From Prorocentrum cordatum (lineage: Eukaryota), in contig CAUYUJ010000268.1 of the NCBI GenBank assembly GCA_963575745.1, positions 1 to 64,000 of the forward strand: DNA of 64,000 bases, written 5' to 3'. Under the pieces are notes generated by a model. It worked only from the letters and a program-made list of their open reading frames with translations. It did no database searches and was not told the origin of the DNA. This document shows, one piece after another, positions 58,045 through 64,000 of the stretch; the first letter of the stretch is position 1, and the number at the start of each line of letters is the position of its first letter. Both the position numbers and the translations under genes were made by a program.

Positions 58045-58884
58045 GGAGTCAAGCTAGCCAGCTCGAGCGAGTCAAGCATGGCATGCCCAGCCCCACCCGC
58101 CCTCCCACAACATAAGAAGCAAAGCTGGCACAACTGGGGGCCGAAGTCACACCGGCCAGCCGGTTTGGTACAGCTGATGCGGCCGCGATGGCGGTTGCCG
58201 ACGGGAACTGGCGAGCGCGTGTTGAATGCCGCGCACGCATTGCCAGACGAGTCGAGAATGGCCCGGTACACCGCAGGAAGCCAGAGGTGGCCGGAGGAAG
58301 CCCGACGGTCTGACAGGACACCCCAAAGCATTTTTGTGAAAAAGCATTGGGTTTTTGATGTTTTTATGTTGAAATGCTTGCAAACACACGGTGTTCGGTA
58401 GGATTCTGACATGAACGCGCGAGTGTGCTCTTTGTGGTATTTTTTGCACAGGATTCGCGGCCTGGGTGCATGACAGAGCATCGCGAGCGCACCGCGCGAT
58501 GACGTGAAATCGCTGGATTTGACCGAATTCTTAAGATTCCTATGGTTTTCCTATGATTTCAGCAAGAGAGCCCGGGCGGGAAATTTGTACAACTTTTGTG
58601 GAAAAAAGCATTGGGTTTTTGATGTTTTTATGTTGAAATGCTTGCAAACACATTGTGTTCGGTAGGATTCTGACATGAACGCGTGCGTGTGCTCTTTGTT
58701 GTGTTTTTTGCAATGGATTACCGCCGTGGACGACAGGACGTCCGTGTCGAGAGAAAAAAATAAGAAAAATGTTGATTTTGTATTGTTTTTTACATGTTAG
58801 GATGGGACCACCCGGACGCGGCCCCTAATGGCCGGCCTGAGGGGGGAGTAGGAGTATATTCTAATAAGGAATAAGGATAGGAGT
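58045..58884 (+). repeat. Non-coding spacer unit, copy 2, with an internal duplication
   Basis: Matches 51746-52592; the AAAAAGCATTGGGTTTTTGATG...CTGACATGAACGC block occurs twice here (~58331 and ~58593). Confidence 0.9.
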
Positions 58885-59005
58885 AGTAGTAGTGGTAGTA
58901 GTCGTAGTAGTAGTAGTAGTAGCAGTAGTAGTAGTAATAGTAGTAGTAGTAGTAGTAGTGCTAGAAGTAGTCGCAGGAGTAGCCGTAGTAGTAGTAGTAG
59001 TCGTC

Positions 59006-59072
<67 letters not shown>

Positions 59073-59077
59073 TAGTA

Positions 59078-62000
59078 GTGAACACAGCATAAGTGCAATA
59101 TTTCAGGTGTGAACACAGCATAAATACAGACCACACCTGGCCACACCTTACCACATCCTTCGTCTCATACTTCTCTCAGGATGGCTTCGCCTCTGGCATG
59201 GTGGTCGAGCGCTGAGGAGAGCTTGTTGGGAAAGCAGGAAGATAGGATGAAGGAGATGTTGACCCCGATCAAAGAAAATGTCCAGACCTTGAAGGGGGGC
59301 GTCACGGGCATCAAACAGTCCCAGAAGGAAGTGGAGGAGCGGGTCGGGAAGCTCGAGACGGCTCAGCCTGCGAGCTCCTGGCGCGCCACTTTCGTCGAGA
59401 TCATGGGGCTGTGCGAGTGGGGGGGGTGCACATCCTCCAAGGGGGTGAACAGGACCGAGGCCACCGAATTGGTCTTGGAGTTGAAGGGCCGACTTCCGCA
59501 GGAGCTCCGCGAGCACGTCCGGGAGATGCAGCTCAAGGGACCCAGGAACTACGCCATCAGGATCCTTATGACGCCCGAGTATTTACAGGAGATCCGTGGG
59601 ATCTGGAACGAGTACCTCACGAAGGAGGACAGGACATGGAAAAAGGCGGACACCGTGATCTACGCGCGCGCCGAGCGCCACCCCGACGTCCAGGCGCAGT
59701 ATACCAAGCTCGGGCGCGTCAAGGACTGGGTACGGGATGGGATCGACGCGACGCTGGAGCCGAAAGTGCGTTGGAGCCCCGACTTCAGCGCGGTCATCAA
59801 CAAGTCCGACACGGAGCGGGATATGGGTGTTAAGCCAACTATCGTGTTATGCGAAGGTCAGCTTGGTGGAGGTATTGCATGGCATGATGAGGGGCTTCGG
59901 ATCGGTGGACCGTCCAAGACAGCCGCAGAAGAAGGAGTCAAGCGGGTCCGGAGGAAGGGGCCCTTCACCAGGCAGCAGGGGTGCCCGCCGTTGAATTCGA
60001 GCACCGGGGGAGGAGGATGCTCGGTTAGCACTTACAACGTGCACAAGAAGAGTCCTTTTGAAATGCTTCGGATCTCCAGGAGTTTGAAGCGTTTGGGCAC
60101 TGGGGATGCGGTTGCGTGCCTGCAGGAGATCCCGAAGTGGACCAGTGGGCGCGTAATCAGTGGCACGAGGTATGTTGCACATAGCAGCCGTGCCAAGTGG
60201 GCCGATTTTGCCGGGGTGAGTGGATTCGATTGTGGCTTCTCGGTGCGCGGAAGCCTGAATCCGAAGGTGAGGGGCGAGAGGTGCGGCAAATATTGGATTG
60301 GCCTTGTCGCGGCACAAGGCCCAGGTGGCTATGCGTTAGTTTTATGTGCGCATTTTATCCATGACAAGGGGAATGATGGGGAGTATGAGGCAGACGATTT
60401 TGCTCATGAAGGGCGGGAGGAGACGGCAGCATATTGGAGGGGCTGTCAGAGACGTTTTGGACGAGATCTATGCGTGACTTGCGGTTTTGACGCCAACGTG
60501 ACGCTTCCAGGAAGTATAGAAGGCGCAACAGGAGAAGCAATGCTCAGCCCTCTCCGCTCCCACGCTGTACGAATGCAGCGCCTGATCACTTCTTGGATGG
60601 AGGCTTTAGGAATGCGAGCGGTCAACTCGTACGCCACCCGCGCGTTGGGCGGAGAACTTTGGACGTGTGGCCTGAAACGCCGGCCGGAGGATAGATCTCA
60701 TATCGACTACATCGGAGCATCTTTTATACTGCAGGGCACTGGGGGTGCCATTAATTATTCGGGCATCCGCAATGAAAGCCCCTTGATGAAGAAGATGGAC
60801 CACAGACCTGTCAAAGCCGAGATCACGTGGAAAGAGGGTTCTGGATTTGATTCTCAGGGCCCAGCCTCACACCAAATACCTAGGCGACTTCCCAGGCGGG
60901 CTATATCCGACGCATCGGTGCGGGAAGCATGCAGATCATGTGTTGCACGGCCGGATGTTCTTATCCTTCAATTGGATGAGTTCGAAAAGGTCACGTTCGG
61001 GATATATTATGAACATTTCTCTGCCGATTGCCATCGCCCAGAAGAAGACGGCCAAGCCCAGCGCCGCGCGCGGATCAAGGACATCCGGGCGTTCCTCCAG
61101 GTCGAAACCGACACGGGGAGGAGGAGATCACTGGTGAAATTGCATTGGGTGTCTCGGAAGGCCAGTGCAGCATTCCGTTTCCAATGAGCGGCTAGAAGGG
61201 TTGAAGAAACACGGTGCCGCGGAACCGCGCACTCTACCAACCTCCTTCGAAATCGGCGGCATCCAAAGTTTCGACCGAGAGGGGCGGTTGGAGGGGGCAT
61301 TCCAGTTCGGCATCGGTCGCTTCACGGACCCGGACAACCCACCTTCGAGGCAACACGAACGGATGCAACAGCTTTGGTCGGCAGCTCGCAATGATCGTTT
61401 GGACGGCCGCGGCGGTGAGACTTTCGAGCTTTGGGACGTCACGCAGGCGAGGGCCTCCTTGCGGAAAGGGGGGGGGGGGCCAGGGGCAGATGACATTATT
61501 CCGGACGTATATCGCATGATCCCGTTCTTATGTATATTTCTCATTCATGTTTGTTTTTGTTCAGCGGTGCGCTTCTCTGGACCCATCGGTACCGCGATCG
61601 CCATTCTGGTGCATTTTGGAATTTATAGGCCTGCCAAAAACGAAAGCTATGGAACGATTCGAAGACCTACGCTGGATCTGTAAGTCGGCCAACCTTCAAA
61701 AATGGTATATGCGAGCATTGCGTCCCAGGCCCCGGGGCCACTTGCGTCCATCCCACGTCTACTCGCACGGATTCCGATCTGGAGCTTCCACGACGAAGAT
61801 GACAGGGTTGGTGCGCGAAGTTCTTCATCTCTCTCACGTTTGGGGCATCTCTCTCACGTTTGGGCCTTGCCGGTGATAGTCGGGTGCCAGGATGTCTTGA
61901 TAGCGTTCGACTCCATGCCGCGTGAATTGGTGAAGGAGTCCTTGCTCGCTCGTGGGATGTCTTCGCACTCCGTCGGCCTCTTCACGCGGGAACTGAGCGG

Positions 62001-63780
62001 GCTTGAATCCAGCATCCGCTTACCCTTGGTAGGTGAGACTAGACGGTTCCCATTTACAGAAGGAGGCAAGCAGGGCGGAGTGGAAACTCCAGTTGAGTGG
62101 AGGGCACTTCTAGAACGCGTGTTAGAGCCACTCGTCAGATTGTGGATGGAGGCTGGAATTGGTTTTAGATTACCAGGCGACGGTGATGGAGAATCTGGTC
62201 TTCTCGTCAACCATGCGATCTGGGCCGACAACATAGTCTTGTTTGCTACAGGGGAAGGTATGATGCAGCATATGATACAACGGCTGAACGAGTTCATCGC
62301 TCAATATCGTACTTCTCGTGGAGAGCGATACTTGAAGTGGAAGCCAGAGTCGCTAGAATTCATGCGCGGCGGGACTTTGGCGGATAAGTCAGTCGATCGG
62401 ACGCTTCTCTTTGGAGCAACGCGGAACCGCGTTATTTTACGAACAGAAAGACGGATTGATGTCATTGGGCGAATATCTGGACCCCAGAGGAGCCACGGGC
62501 AACAGCGCGGACTTCAAGTTGGGCCGGGCCGAGAAATGTCACTACCGACACCTGTCCGCCTTGCAGAGCCGGAGTGCACCAGTCTTGAAGCGGCTTCGGG
62601 CGTGGGCGACGGGGCCTGCAGCTTGCGCTGCGCACGGTTCAGAGAATTGGCACTTTACTGCGGCTTATTGCGTGACATGAGGGCGTGGGAGCTTCAGATG
62701 TTACGGAGGATGTTTCGTTTTCGCCGCCGGCCCGACGAATCGGCAATGTTGCTTTACCAGCGAACTTCGACTTGTATCGCAAAATGGACGTCAGCAGCCG
62801 GATCGGATTTTGTTTTTATGCGCGCGATGATTCCGGCGAGAACCCGCTCGCAGAAGCACGCGATTGCCGATCGACAGTGTGGCGGGGGACAACGCGAATA
62901 TTAACACTTTATTCAAGACGACGGCGGCTGGGGATCGCGCGTTCGAGAGCAGGGCATCCAGTGACACCCTGGGATCATCCTTTTACTTGCGCGCGGCAGA
63001 CGGGCGGGGGCGATTGACAGGGGCATCGACGAAAGTGTTCTCCCAGGCAGAAGTGTGGGAAGACGTTCGAACAGTTTTCTGAGAGCCTCTGCCGACAGCG
63101 GGGCCTTCAGGCGCAACGGGCGGAGCGAGCAGAAGGTGGCTTCTCGACGCTCGTCACGGCGCGGCCCCCGTCGGAGGAATCTGAGCTCCTGAAGCCTAAC
63201 CCTCGGGGGCGCTCCTGGGGCACATTTGGGCGACGGGTTTGGATGCAGACGGACGACCGACAGCTTGCTCATGCATTCGGCGGCGCGTCAGTTTTGAAAG
63301 GTGCTCATTACAGGCCGCTGTTCGTGCGCATTTCCAGGTCATTGCTGAAACTTCATCATCTGAACATCCAGCCCTGGAAGCGGACCAGTGAGTTCGTTGA
63401 GTGGGGCCCGCGCGATTTTAATGCCCTTGCAGATGACGCTGCCAATAAAGCCCTGGACCGGGGGGCGGATTGGATGCGCGCGCACAGCGATAGCGTGCAA
63501 AGGGCGCGAGCCAGCCTAGTCAATCACCGTCCATGTTTCGACGGTGCTAGGCGCAGTTCGGGTGAATCAGCTGCTGGTGTCGCTTCTATCGCATATTACG
63601 TTTCCGGGGAGAGAGACCTCTTGCTCCGCGCTGGAAAGTTGCTCGGCGCGTTTCCATCGGCGCTCCTTGCCGAAGTACTCGCTGCAGAATGGCGTCTCGA
63701 CATCTTCTTTTCGCAGTTTCCCGTTGCGCCCAGCGGCGGGCAGGCATGCGAACCGCATGTGCCTTGAGGGAAGAATGAAA
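59078..63780 (+). mobile_element. Decayed APE-type LINE, copy 2 (more complete)
   Basis: ORF 59181-61187 fuses the coiled-coil domain with APE (TYNVHK, CLQEIP, GFDANV, HIDYIG, MDHRPV); RT GCQDVLIAFDSM, GGKQGGVETP, WADNIVL; RNase H at ~63234-63720; flanked by (GTA)n on both sides. Confidence 0.92.
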
Positions 63781-64000
63781 GTAGTAGTAGTAGTAGTAGT
63801 AGTAGTCGTCGTAAAAGTAGTAGTAGTAGTAGTAGTAGTAGGGGTAGGAGTAGTAGTAGTAGTAGTAGTAGTAGCAGTAGTATTAGTGGTAGAAGTAAAA
63901 AATAGAAGTAGAAGTAGTTGTAGTAGTTGTAGTAGTTGTAGTAGTAGTAGTAGTAGTCGTCGTAAAAGTAGTAGTAGTAGTAGTAGTAGTAGGAGTAGTA

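Overview
GC-rich eukaryotic DNA made almost entirely of transposable elements. The host is very probably a dinoflagellate, inferred from GA-AG and GC-AG introns, palindromic introner-type introns and spliced-leader-like motifs. (1) 0.2-16.6 kb, minus strand: a spliced C5-cytosine methyltransferase-like gene directly downstream of a CMC/EnSpm-type DDE transposase pseudogene, two further intron-containing genes of unknown function, and several MITE/foldback elements. (2) About 20.9-31.5 kb, minus strand: a decayed Helitron Rep-Pif1 helicase. (3) 32724-50706: a young, full-length, ~18-kb Ty1/Copia LTR retrotransposon (196-bp LTRs differing at 4 positions, ATCAC target-site duplication). Its reconstructed ~5,590-codon polyprotein has a CCCH-finger Gag, PR, IN, RT and RNase H, then ~2,700 extra residues with a Tpt1/KptA RNA 2'-phosphotransferase domain and a probable SGNH-hydrolase domain. 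It has a tRNA-half-type PBS, and its LTRs carry a spliced-leader-like sequence. (4) 51.7-64 kb: two tandem, decayed APE-type LINEs in (GTA)n tracts whose C-terminal RNase H appears circularly permuted. All domain calls come from manual motif recognition, not database searches.
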